A stretch of DNA of 63,323 nt, the filler included, from Craspedostauros australis (lineage: Eukaryota), in NCBI GenBank assembly GCA_030167865.1. It is 14 parts of 14 records of this genome, joined end to end, with 100 filler letters (N's around TTAATTAATTAA, not from the genome) between each part and the next. Parts side by side here need not be neighbours in the genome. Positions count along the whole stretch, not along the records: positions 10,992 to 28,548 come from JALAGF010002292.1; positions 28,649 to 34,929 come from JALAGF010002293.1; positions 35,030 to 36,169 come from JALAGF010002294.1; 11 more parts are not named here. One strand, given 5' to 3'. Position numbers and translations under genes: made by a program. The notes below the pieces were generated by a model. The model was not told the DNA's origin, ran no database searches, and worked only from the letters and a program-made list of their open reading frames with translations. This document shows positions 24,738 through 36,269 of this stretch, one piece after another. Position 1 is the first letter of the stretch. Each line of letters begins with the position of its first letter.

Positions 24738-25835
24738 CTAATCCCACTGATTGGGGCTGACACGCACCGTCATCTCGCCCTCCTTCATGCCAAAGCCGAC
24801 GATCGATTTGCATGCCAAGCGCCAGCGCGGCGTATCTGCCAACATCTGCTGCTCCGCTAGACGTTGCGGATTCAACAGATCGCTTCCGGATGACACAGAG
24901 ACCGCGCACGTGCGACACAGTCCACCAGCTCCGCAGTTTCCGCCATTCTTCGTATCGAATCGCTTCGCCAATGGATCGTTGAGCTTTACGCCACGGATTA
25001 GCATACCCTGTCGCAGATTCTCGCCTGCGTACATTGTGATGGTTTCGTCAGGGATTTTCTCGCTGGGTGGGTATTGCAGATTAACGGTCACCTTGGGCTT
25101 GCGGCGGATTCGTTTCAACGTCACTTCGAATAGCTCCGTCATAGGGCTGGATGCCTTGAGTGGCGGTGGGAGCTCAGATAATGCTTCGACGGTGGCATCG
25201 TACGACAGGCACTCCAGATTCACCGTCGTCACGTCGGCGCTCTCAGCGAGCATTCCGTTCGCCGTCTGCGCTTCTGCTTCATCATCTTCGTCGGATGGCG
25301 GTGCCAAAGCCGCAGCCTGCTGCGCGGCGGACATGCGGATCAACGCCACCTGCACCAGCGAATCGCCCGGCACTATATCGATATCGCCTGCCGCTGCCGC
25401 CGAACCGCCGTCGACCAAGCCGTTCACCAAGGTGATGCCGACCCCATCGTCGCGACCACCGGCCAATTCGAACAGCTCCAATCCGAGACCACCGGTCGGC
25501 AATCGCGGGAACACGACCCTCACAACATCGGCGAACAGCTCGCGATCGTTCTTGGCTTGCAGATAGATCTTGCCTTCTTGTTCCGTGGCCTTTTGCACCA
25601 CCGATGCCGTCCATTCGTTCTGAATGTCTTCTATGGATGGCAGATTGTACTGGTTCAGATCGACCGTGGCCTGTCCAGCACCTTGAAGCACTTGCGTCGC
25701 AACGTTCTTTGTCGTTTGACCGAACGGTGTCGACATTGCTTCCGCAACCAAGCTGCTGCTTCTGCTGCCATTATTGCTGTTGCGTGGAGCGCCCCACTGG
25801 GTGGCGCACAGGAAAAGTACGCAAAAGGATCGCAT
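24738..25835 (-). CDS. PDZ-like plus 2Fe-2S ferredoxin domain protein, possibly plastid-targeted
   Basis: NCGAGGLCRTC...RLAC (Cx5Cx2C...C). PDZ-like GGLGLEL...V.GLVDGGSAA...PGD. Hydrophobic N-terminus. Confidence 0.85.
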   Translation of the reverse strand: MRSFCVLFLCATQWGAPRNSNNGSRSSSLVAEAMSTPFGQTTKNVATQVLQGAGQATVDLNQYNLPSIEDIQNEWTASVVQKATEQEGKIYLQAKNDRELFADVVRVVFPRLPTGGLGLELFELAGGRDDGVGITLVNGLVDGGSAAAAGDIDIVPGDSLVQVALIRMSAAQQAAALAPPSDEDDEAEAQTANGMLAESADVTTVNLECLSYDATVEALSELPPPLKASSPMTELFEVTLKRIRRKPKVTVNLQYPPSEKIPDETITMYAGENLRQGMLIRGVKLNDPLAKRFDTKNGGNCGAGGLCRTCAVSVSSGSDLLNPQRLAEQQMLADTPRWRLACKSIVGFGMKEGEMTVRVSPNQWD

Positions 25836-26693
25836 GCTCGCTTGTTCAACTGCGATACAGCTGATTGCGTTGAGATGAGATGAGGTAGACCTTGACGCCG
25901 CTGCTGCTACTGTGGTGGACTCTGCCGTGCCTTCAAGTCGGCCCTTGCGAATGTGATTGCCTTTCGCTCTGCTTGAGCCTCAACGGACAGCTGGGATTCA
26001 ATGAATCGAAGGAAGCGGATGCAGGTGAAGATGAAGAATTGACACCACGATCACAGCGGGAAGGAGCAATCAAATGGCAGTGCTGGTGTTGCCGGTGTTG
26101 CAATGGGAGTTGCTGTTGTTCAATCCGGTTGGTCCAAGGGAAGTGTTGTTGCCTCAAAGAGGGTGTGTTGTGATTGCCATGGTCATCATGTTCAAGGAGC
26201 ACAACTGACGCCGACACCTCTTCGTTGCGATTGGGCAAAGATCTCACACTCACGATTGACGTCACCATTGAAGTCGATCATCGCTCGTGAATCAAACCGA
26301 CACAACAATTTGAATCTGTCCCACATAACCGTTATTTCAATTCCCATACAACCAACCACACACAAAGGAGACGCGCTAACGCAACAGCGCAAATCTCACC
26401 ACAACAGAACAACAGACAACACAAGAGAGAAACAAGGAAAGCCCAACGCCACAACGTCCCAACATCTCAACATCTCGACATCTCATTGTTCCAGTCTTCA
26501 TCTTCCATCCTCCTCCATCTCACATCCCACATCTCACGCCACCATCGAGCATCGCGCATCGTGGATCGTTGGTTGCACCAATACTGTAGACATCGATAGG
26601 AGTAGCAGGCATCGGATACCACCCAGCAGCCATCAGCCATCAGTCATCAGCCTGCGACCGTCACAGGCAACCTCCTCTGCGACAAACACAAAC

Positions 26694-28548
26694 ATGCCTC
26701 CAACTCGGCCACGTGGATCGGCATCCAAGTCCACGTCGAAGGCTGCAACGAAGTCCACATCATCTTCTGGTGCGGAAGGTCTCCAGCTCTACAAGGGAAC
26801 CACTCCACAATGGAGAATCGGGAAGATGCTCGGTGCTGGTGCGTGCGGCACCGTGCATGAGCTTCTGTCACTCAAGCCATCGTCGGCCTTCACCTCAAAC
26901 GACTTTGCCATCAAGATCGCACCGCTCCCCACCAAGACCACCAAGAAGCGCAACTCGCCTGCTGAGGTCAACGCATCTCGGCTCTACTACGAGCACAACA
27001 TGTATCACAATCAGTTCCAGACTCTGCAGGGCACCTTCGTTCCTCGTTTGCCACCCAGCAAAGGGCCGCAGGCATTCGGTGACATCTCAGGTGAGCTTGT
27101 GAGGCAGGCATATTGTTGACTGTGCTGAAAGTGATGAGTGATGAGTGATAAGTGTGATGGATATGTTCGATCAGTGGCGTCTGCTTCGTTTGCTGACATT
27201 GTTGGATCCTCCATCATACCATGATGCCGTCATGCCATCTCATCATCGTACTAATCTCACTAATCTCACCAAGCCCAATTCTCTCTCATGCCATCCATAC
27301 ATACATACCTTCATCCATCCCTTCATTCATCCACATGTTCATCTGCACATACGTATTCGTACAAACGTAGGCTTCCGATTCATGGTGATGGAACGGATGC
27401 ACAGCCCGCTCGAGATGATTGTCCCGCTCCTCCTCGAACTTGCCACTCCATCCAACAGTGCCACCACCAAAACCTCAAGGAGCTCAAAGAGCTCAAGGAG
27501 CAACAGAAGCTCCAAGAGTGACAGCGGAGGTTCCCGCGTGGTGCCATTCGGACCAGTTGCTGCACAGCTGATCAAGTCTATACAAGCCATCCACGAGTGC
27601 AGACACATCGTCATCGATGTCAAGACCGACAACTTCATGTTGGCTCCATCCACTACCTCACCAGCATTCCCAAAGATCAAATCAACCAAGTCTGCAAAGT
27701 CTTCGAAATCAACAAAAGCAACCAAATCAACAAAAGCAACTGCAGCAGCAGCTCTCGCTCAACGCATCCGCATCCTCGATCTCGCCCTCGTCCAACCAAG
27801 GGCCACCTTCTCTGCTTCGCACAGACCGAACGAGACCGCTGACGGAATCAAGGCAGGCACGCCACTCTACGCATCGCTCAACGTCCATCAAGGACAGACA
27901 CCGAGTCGCAGGGACGATCTGGAAGCACTCGCGTACATCATCGCAGAGCTCATCATGCAGCTGTCGTCTGGTGGGGACATGTCCCTCACGTTGCCATGGA
28001 GCAACGGAAAGTCGGATGAAGACATCGGCAACATCAAGGAATCGCATGTGACCAACCCCGATTCTGACTTCTACAAGATGCTTGGACCGGTTGAGGTGGG
28101 CGACACGTTCCGCAAGTTCCTTGATGAGATCAGAGGGTATTCGTACAAGCAGGAGCCTGACTATGATGGTCTTGTGGAGATGCTCCTCGATCTTGATGTG
28201 GTGGTGGTTGATGGTGATGGTAGTACTCGTACTAGTGGTGGTGCTATTGGTGGTGCTAATGACGATGGTTTGTCGTCAAAGAAGGCAACACCGAAGCAGC
28301 CATCTGCAACAGCGAAGGAATCGATGGCATCGATGGCAACAAGAACGACCAGGGCAACCAGGGCAAGCAGAGCAACCAGATCGAGCAAAGCAGTTAGAGC
28401 ACCGGCAGAAGAGCCAGCCACGGCTCCAGCCACAGCTCCAGCCACGGCTACAGCCAAGCGAGCAGGTACCAAGAGAAGAGCAACACGAGCCTCGCAAGCG
28501 TCAGAAGTAGCAGCAGCTGCAGCTACGCCTGCTTCATCCTTGGCGCAG
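26694..28548 (+). CDS. VRK/casein kinase 1-like Ser/Thr kinase; exons 26694-27090 and 27371->28548; 3' partial
   Basis: LGAGACGTV, FAIK, spliced GFRFMVMERM, DVKTDN, GTPLYASLNVH.G..PSRRDDLEAL, PDY. Intron 27091-27370 (GTGAGC...TAG). Confidence 0.9.
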
Positions 28549-28648
28549 NNNNNNNNNNNNNNNNNNNNNNNNNNNNNNNNNNNNNNNNNNNNTTAATTAA
28601 TTAANNNNNNNNNNNNNNNNNNNNNNNNNNNNNNNNNNNNNNNNNNNN

Positions 28649-29059
28649 TGTATCCAACCTGCTTCAACTCAAGCAATGGAATCCGAGAGCCAGCTCCAAC
28701 CACAGCCACTGCCTCATGGTCGTCACTGCCATCTGCCATGATCTACACTGCAGTGTATCTACGTGTGTGGAGAGCAAGGCGCTGTAATGACAGTATACCC
28801 TGTAGCACTGAACCAAGTACATCAGTGCAGGGTCTCACCAAGTTGTGTGACATCGTTTCTTCACCCTATTAACACCACAAGCTAACTCATAATAAACACA
28901 GACAAAGATTAGCTTCAAAGCACTCTTCTACTCATCGTTACAGTTATAACTCTTCAACCAGCACACCTCTCTCTTGAACTGCATCACACGGCTATCCCGA
29001 AGCCGGCAGATTCACGAGACATTCTCCACCGATTCGACGCCTACGCTCGAATCCTAACT
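28649..29059 (+). mobile_element. LTR-like repeat family A (411 bp visible)
   Basis: Identical by eye to 10992-11402. Confidence 0.8.
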
Positions 29060-29904
29060 ACGCACTTGTCACTTGAATTAATCACAAGAGCACACTGGCA
29101 AGAATGCCTTGGGTATTGCATAGGCCAAAGAGTGGGTCTGAGAATCATCAGAGCACTAGTTGAAGTTCATCTAAAGAACAGACTACTTTCCACTTAGTGT
29201 GTTCCATGTCGCACCATAAAATTGTTTTGGCGCGTCAATTTTGGCGCGAAACCTTCCGCCTACGACTACGGAAAATTCTCCTTTCTCCTTTCCTCCCGCT
29301 CGCATTCACAAATCATTGCTGACTCAAATCACTTGATTCGCTGGACACAACACACTCCAGGAACTATATGCTCCCCTGAATCCTTGTGTCACAGTTTATC
29401 TTGATTCCATTGTCAGCTAAACAACCTGACAACCCTGCACAACACCAGTCAAGAGATCTTCCCTGCTTCAACACATGCAGGGAATCGTACATCAATTCCC
29501 TTTGCCTGACAACCTGTGTTCTCGATCTCAACCTCAACCAAGGTGTCAAGGCTTAGTACTTGAACGTAGAACAACTACAATGAGATACTGGAGAAAGAGA
29601 GAAAGAGAGGACCTGTCTGCCCTCAGCACTGAACCTCTGAAGGTAAGTGCAGAGCCGCACTACTCAAACTGACTATCGTTTCTTCATCCTGCATCTCAAT
29701 CTGATCAACTCACAATGCAGACTATTCAAATAATAAATAGCACAACTCAAGATCAGCACAACAACACTAATCCACTTCATTGTCATTCACTACTAACCCC
29801 AGACGGTCGCCCCACGTTGACTTCACCATCAGATTCCTCGAATCTGGCAGTCAACCAGGCCATCTCTTCCGGATCGTGTCACAACAGCACACGAAAATCC
29901 AACT

Positions 29905-30127
29905 GACGGACGATATTTCTGATTCTCTCAGAAATCGTCGAGTGCAAATTTCCTCCAGAAATTCTGCTCATTTTCGTGTGTTCCATTTCCACTGTAATTC
30001 TGACGAATCACAGCATACTATCGAAACGAGTGTAGTTATACCGTCCAAGTGCGTATGAGAGAATAACGGGTGAACGATGCACATATACACGTACGTCTCG
30101 ACATATACTCACATGTACATCTCGACA
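29905..30127 (+). mobile_element. Truncated copy of LTR-like family B
   Basis: Matches the last ~220 bp of 30258-31060 and ends in CTCGACA. Confidence 0.8.
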
Positions 30128-30257
30128 GCCGATACCACCACGATACTACAACGATACTACGATACTACGATGCCACGATACCACAATACCACCGGATACC
30201 ACCGTATCCGTCACCAGAAATGACACCTCAAGACCTTCCTTACCAGGTCTACAGAGA

Positions 30258-31060
30258 TGTTGGCAAGTTACGCACACGGATGCCTACAATTGTGGAAGAT
30301 GGCGTTGTTGATAGTCGGTCTGTTTGCTATTTCATTACATTGGCACTCCAATCCTCTCGGTGTCCGTTCTCTTGCCCGATGCTCTCGGCACGTTTATCTG
30401 TTTTGTAGATTGGGTCACCAACTATGAGTCGGTGCGCGAGATGCTCTCTCCCTATTATTCGTATTCTCTCTCTCTCGATATCGTGTACTTGTGCTACACG
30501 ATACTCCGTGTTCAATGCGTACTCCGCATTCGACACTCCATTTGTTCATTGCTGGGTCCTACTCCATGAGTACTTACCACTTGAACTCCTCTTTGTGTAT
30601 CCATGATCTCAATGCCCTTCAGTCATCAAATCTTCACCTTCTGCTTCTGACATGGAGACAGATGTCGACGTGGTGACATGATGACATCCTGTCAACGTCA
30701 GCTGTCGTCTTTCTGCTCTCCAGATGTCACAATCCATTGATGATGGAATGGTCTGTCAGATGATATTGTCATGTGGGGTTTAGTTGGGAGGTACATCGAG
30801 CTTTGCTCGATACCATGCATTTTCATTGATGGATGGACAGACGATGTTCCTGATTCTCTCAGAAATCGTTGATTGCAAATTTCCTCCAGAAATTCTGCTC
30901 ATTTTCGTGTGTTCCATTTGTGCTGTGATTCTGACAAATCACAGCATACTATTGACACGAATGTAGTTGTACCGTCCGTACATGTATAAGAGAATAACAG
31001 ATGAACGATGCACATATACACGTACATCTTGACACATACACGCATGTACATCTCTCGACA
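30258..31060 (+). mobile_element. LTR-like family B, full copy (~800 bp, TGTTGG...TCGACA)
   Basis: End-to-end homology with 43824-44632 (reverse) and 60801-61615; TG...CA termini. Confidence 0.85.
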
Positions 31061-31804
31061 CTGCTGGCTGGGTCACTGGGCCTATACCAATCATTGCTAT
31101 CGTTCGGAAACGTTCAGGTGTGCATTGAAGACGCACTGCATGTCTGCTCCGGCGATCCCTACACGATGGAATCCGTCTGTGATCTGTTTGCCGCGAATCG
31201 CGAAGGCATTCTGAGTTGCGTGGGGTATGTCTCAGTCTATTGGATGGGGCAAGCCATTGGTCAGCAATACCTGTGGTCCCAAACAGATCCAACAGACATG
31301 ACGAAGGTCCCGCAAGCGCGGCCATTGGCCTTCCTCAAGATCGCAGCGGCGCTGTGGATTATCCATGCAATCCTAACAGTCGCATTGCAAATTCCAGTAT
31401 CGCGACGAAGTGCCAACTCCAGTTTTTGCGTCTGGATAGCAGCACATCATGCGTCGTTGCTGGCAATGATCGATTGGACATGGGCGCGCATTCATTCAGG
31501 CAGCAGCCATCCCACGACAGACTCGACCGTTCCAGATGTGTGGTCCAAGATCAATCGCCATGGATTGCCTATGTTCGTCATCGCCAACGTCCTCACAGGA
31601 ATCGTCAATCTCTCCATCGATACGATGGCTGTATCCGACCCCATCGCAGTTTGCATCGTGTTTGCGTACCTTGCCATCGTGGGTATCATTGCCACGAAAA
31701 TCGGCTGGATACGGTCAACGATCATCGCGGTGGCGCAATTGTCAAGAAAACCTGCCAATCTGCAAGTGTCGGGAGCATCCAAGTTCGAGGAAAAGGAGCA
31801 GTGA
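31061..31804 (+). pseudogene. PIGW: C-terminal part of GPI inositol acyltransferase PIG-W/GWT1, cut at the 5' end by the family B element
   Basis: ANREGILS..GY, PVSRRSAN..F..W, INRHGL..F.IANVLTG.VN. Homology starts directly at the element end; no 5' part seen upstream. Confidence 0.8.
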
Positions 31805-32229
31805 CGGCACCATCTATCGCCGCTTCGGATCCTCTCCCTCTGTTGCATTTGCATGTTGCTTGATGGACTCCAACAGACGAGTACGACCACATACCGTGTC
31901 CCGGAGCTGGATGGGGCGAGTACTCGTAGGCCACAAGCACTCCGCGGGGGGCGCAAACTACGTCACTTAGAGCCTTCAAATTGAATCCCGCGCGGACATG
32001 CTCGATGATCTCAACGAACAGGAGGACAGGTAAGAGTATGTATGGTTCTTATTGTTAACATTTGCGATTGTGCAAATTGGGTCTCCGATTTCCTCTTCCC
32101 TCAGAGTCTCCGTTCGCCCTCAGATCTAACACATTGCCATGTCTGGGCAACCTCCGTCGTGATTCCATCATCGACGTGACCTCCCACGGTCACTTTATCG
32201 CTCCTTGCGTCCACCAGTTATACTCACGG

Positions 32230-34929
32230 TTAAGATGAAGCCATCGACACTGAGGTTGATGCCGACAGAGCGAGTGGATCGGGTTTCGCTGATTCGGAAG
32301 AGATACTGCTGTTCTCCAAATCGAGCGCATCCACCATGTCTGCCAGCACCTCACGCCCTCTGGCCTCCCACTCCTTTCGGTTTGCCATTGCATAGTTCAG
32401 GTACTCATCGCTCGACTTGCCAAATACACCACACTCCTTCAGCTTCTTGGCCAACGGGATGATGTAAAAGTCAAAGAAACCGATCTCACCTTCATACCAA
32501 TTCTCCATGGGATTGGTACCCGATCGACCAGCTTGGTAGGCTGTGTAAAACTCCTTGAACAGCCTCTCGTTCCACTTGCGATACACATGCCAGTGCTGCA
32601 TGGTGTGCGCGACATCGGAGGCCTGGATCAAGTGCTCAATCACGATCGTGGCCTTGCGGTTGATCGCATCTCGGGGATCGTCCAGCTGGGTTGATGGATC
32701 GTCTGGCGATGACACCGATTCACCCGCAGGCTGTTGGTTGAAGGCCTTGTCCCATCGATCGTTCCTCAGCTTCTTCAGATCGGCGTCGACGATGTCTGTT
32801 GCCATGACACCGTTCACCACAAGCTGTCTCAGACGACGGAGCTCGGATGTCGTGGAGCAGATGCACTCACGAAGCTCCAGGAAGTCTTCGGCCATGAATA
32901 GATCCCAGGCAAGGACCACGGAGTTCTGCTCGGCCACAGATCGGTTGTTGTACAGCGCTGCGATCCTGGTCTTCTCCTTCACGAGCTGAGCGTTGGTCAC
33001 TCCGAGATGATCGACATCATGGATGAGAGCAGAGAAGGCGCAGGCAAACTGGGTCAGCGGATCAGAGGTGATACCGTACGTGTGATCGTGGAGGCTGGCC
33101 GCGACTTGATCGGTGGCTTCGGTGACCGAAATTCCATCGATCGACTTCTCCAGCATCAGGTCGGTCGGCGCAACGATGCGAGCCAGGAGCTTGATGACGG
33201 ACATGGTCACGTGCGATGCGTGCTCGAAGTTGTGGAAGGAGTTGGCGCGGTACATGCTGGCGATGCTGGCGATCAGCTCTCGCAGCTGCTGCACGATGAC
33301 AGGATCGAGATGGATCTGATCTGGATCAGCGTACTGTCTGGCGATCTTGGAATCAAACTCAGGAAGGCTGATGATCTCCCGCACCTCATCGAGCGGATTG
33401 AAAGTCGCACCGATATCGATATCGATGTCGATGTCGGATGGGTGAGCAGAAGGCTGGTCCCAATTTGCGGAGCTTGCGTACACTTGAGATCGACGTGGCT
33501 TCACAGTCTTGGAGTTCTCGTTGATGGCATGCTTGCGGGCGACGATCTGCTTGATCAGATTCAGCAGCATCTCCACGTTCCAGTCCACAAGACGCAGACT
33601 GCGCTCGTCTAGTCCGCTTTCTGCGACGCGGCCTGATTGGTCCACTGGTCTGGACGCAGCTGGCATGAGGCTCTGCAGGCATCCAGCATCGCTGTTGCTG
33701 GTGCAGCTTCCGCGATCCTTCTGGTCGTATCCAGAGCCGATCCAGTATCTGCGCATCGGAGGGGCGTCGAATGAGCGATGGAGCAGACAGGAAGGCAGGT
33801 GGCAATTGAGAGATAGATTGCACAGAACAGTAGTAATCAGGTGTGAGATGAAGATGAAGAGGAAGAAGACAAACGAAGCAACAGCCGTGTCGGTAATAGT
33901 ACCAACAGCATCAACAGCATCAACAGCATCAACAGCATCAACAGCATCAACAGCATCAACAACACAAACACAAACACGAATGCAACCGTCAACTCACGTT
34001 TGCATATCCCCCTTTCCTTTGGCCTTCACCATGTGCTCGCGTTTGATCAGCCAGTGTCCCTTGCCGCAGAACTTCAAATACTCAGCAGTCTCCGTAGACA
34101 CCTGGATTCGCCCAACCTGACCAGTGTGCTCGATACGGGAAGCCGTATTCATCGTATCTCCGAACAGCTGGAAGCGAGCCCTCTCTCCTCTCAGGACACC
34201 AGCGGTCACCGGACCAGAGTGGATTCCGATACGAAGCGACAGATCACCCGTATCTGGACCGTGCGTGATCTCCAGCTCCTTCGTCATCACGTTCACGCGT
34301 GTGAGGATATCGCAAGCGAATTGGACCATCACCACGGCATGATCCTTTCGCGGATCAGGGATGCCGGTGGCGGCGACGTAGCAGTCACCGACGGTCTCGA
34401 CCTTGAACACACGACGGGCCTTGGCGATCTGATCGAAGGAAGAGAAGATCTTCTCCAGGAACGTGAACACCTGGGATGGCTCACGGACGGAGCTCCAGGC
34501 GGTGAAGCCTGCGATATCCGCGAACAGGATCGTCGTGTCAAGGAACAGATCAGCCATGGGACGTGAGTCCATGCCAGAACCCTCAATGTCTCCGGCCAGG
34601 AAGCTCTTGAGGCCGGAGATTTGGCTGGCAACGCCCTTGTTTTTTCCTGCCTGACTGTTGGTGATGAGTCGATCGCGGATGTTTCGCGGGAAGAGGGACG
34701 AGACGATGGCGTTGGACTTGGCCGCATTCTCGACCAGTCTTTCGTTGCGGCGGTAGACGAAGAGGTCGTAGATGAAGAAGACGACCGCAACGAAGACGAA
34801 TGTACAGCACACGATGATGGCGAATATCTCCGGAGTGAACTTGTCGTATGGTTGCTGGAAGTCGCGGGAGGGGTAGAGGAACATTGAGTACTGGCAGTGT
34901 CCTGGGGTGGTTGCGAAGTCTGCATGATC
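32230..34929 (-). CDS. Membrane class III nucleotidyl cyclase fused to a class I phosphodiesterase; exons >34929-33998 and 33748-32230; 5' partial
   Basis: TM helix, FADIAGFT, KVETVGDCY, GIHSGPV.AG, LFGDTMNTASR. Removing intron 33749-33997 gives KGKGDMQTYW. PDE motifs FHNFEHA, IHDVDH.G, ATD, ASDV. Confidence 0.95.
33903..33960. repeat. Intronic 9-bp tandem repeat (CAACAGCAT)n
   Basis: About 6 units visible. Confidence 0.9.
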
Positions 34930-35029
34930 NNNNNNNNNNNNNNNNNNNNNNNNNNNNNNNNNNNNNNNNNNNNTTAATTAATTAANNNNNNNNNNNNNNN
35001 NNNNNNNNNNNNNNNNNNNNNNNNNNNNN

Positions 35030-36169
35030 TGCTGCCAAGGATCCTCGGGATGCACTTCAGTCACCGGTTCCGCCTCCAACTCTCCTCCATTCATGACCAT
35101 CGCCATTACAGCATGCACCGGCGACAGCGCATGCAAAGATATGGGCCCCAATCCCCTCATCCTCGATTCCTCCTGCACTGGAGACAGTGCATGCGAGTTG
35201 ATGAATGAGAACGAGATCAACCCGTCCATCACGGGAGTCACCTTCGTTGGTGAGATGGCATGCACCACCCCTCGATCTTGTGAGGGAGTGGGACGCCGTG
35301 CTCATGGCGATGTCACCATCCAGACTGGAGCATGCATTGGGTCAGAGGCATGCAACTCCGCTGGCCGTCGTGTGGAGCAATCAGCACCATCTTTTCGCTT
35401 CCGCAGCCACATCGATATTGGTTCGAACGCGTGCGTCGGCAGCAATGCCTGCAAGGATGCCCATTCCGCTGTCAATCATGGGACTGGTGGCAAGTATGCA
35501 GGCAGCCTGACCATTGGTGCTGGCGGTTGCGCCGCCGATGGGTCATGCGAGAAAATGGGCTTCAGTGACAGGATGAGAACCGACCTCGTCGTCCCTCCTG
35601 GTGGATGCGGCAGTGTCAAAGGCTGCAGGGGATGCATGACGAAGACGGAGTGCAGCTCCGACGAAGTTTACATCATCAGCGATGTCGATGGGGCTTGTCC
35701 AAAGGGAGGCAATGACAGCAACATGAATCCCACGGGTGACAAGGTAGAGGAGTACTGCATTGCCCAAGACACATTGCCCACAGACTGTCCAACTTTCTCT
35801 CCAACTCCTTTCCCAACACCTGCCACGTCACCTCCCACATCAGCCCCCACATCAGCCCCCACTGCTCCAACTTCAGCACCGACATCAGCCCCCACATCGG
35901 CTCCTACATCGGCTCCAACATCAGCTCCTACATCGGCTCCAACATCAGCTCCAACATCAGCTCCCACATCGGCTCCTACATCGACTCCGACGTCAGCCCC
36001 CACATCGGCTCCAACATCAGCTCCAACATCAGCTCCTACGTCGGCTCCCACATCAGCTCCTACATCGGCTCCAACATCAGCTCCCACATCAGCTCCCACA
36101 TCGGCTCCTACATCGACTCCGACGTCAGCCCCCACATCGGCTCCAACATCAGCTCCGACGTCAGCTCCC
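35030..36169 (+). CDS. Cys-rich repeat protein with a mucin-like (PTSA)n stalk, partial at both ends
   Basis: AC.G..AC repeats, homologous to 5366-7260, followed by a long PTSA tract. Confidence 0.85.
35833..36169 (+). repeat. Coding 12-bp minisatellite encoding PTSA
   Basis: CCNACATCRGCT-like units running into the linker. Confidence 0.93.
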
Positions 36170-36269
36170 NNNNNNNNNNNNNNNNNNNNNNNNNNNNNNN
36201 NNNNNNNNNNNNNTTAATTAATTAANNNNNNNNNNNNNNNNNNNNNNNNNNNNNNNNNNNNNNNNNNNN

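Noticed and set aside
27670..27745. Silaffin-like KxxK tract in the kinase
   Set aside because: It is an insert in an intracellular kinase domain with no signal peptide or RXL site.
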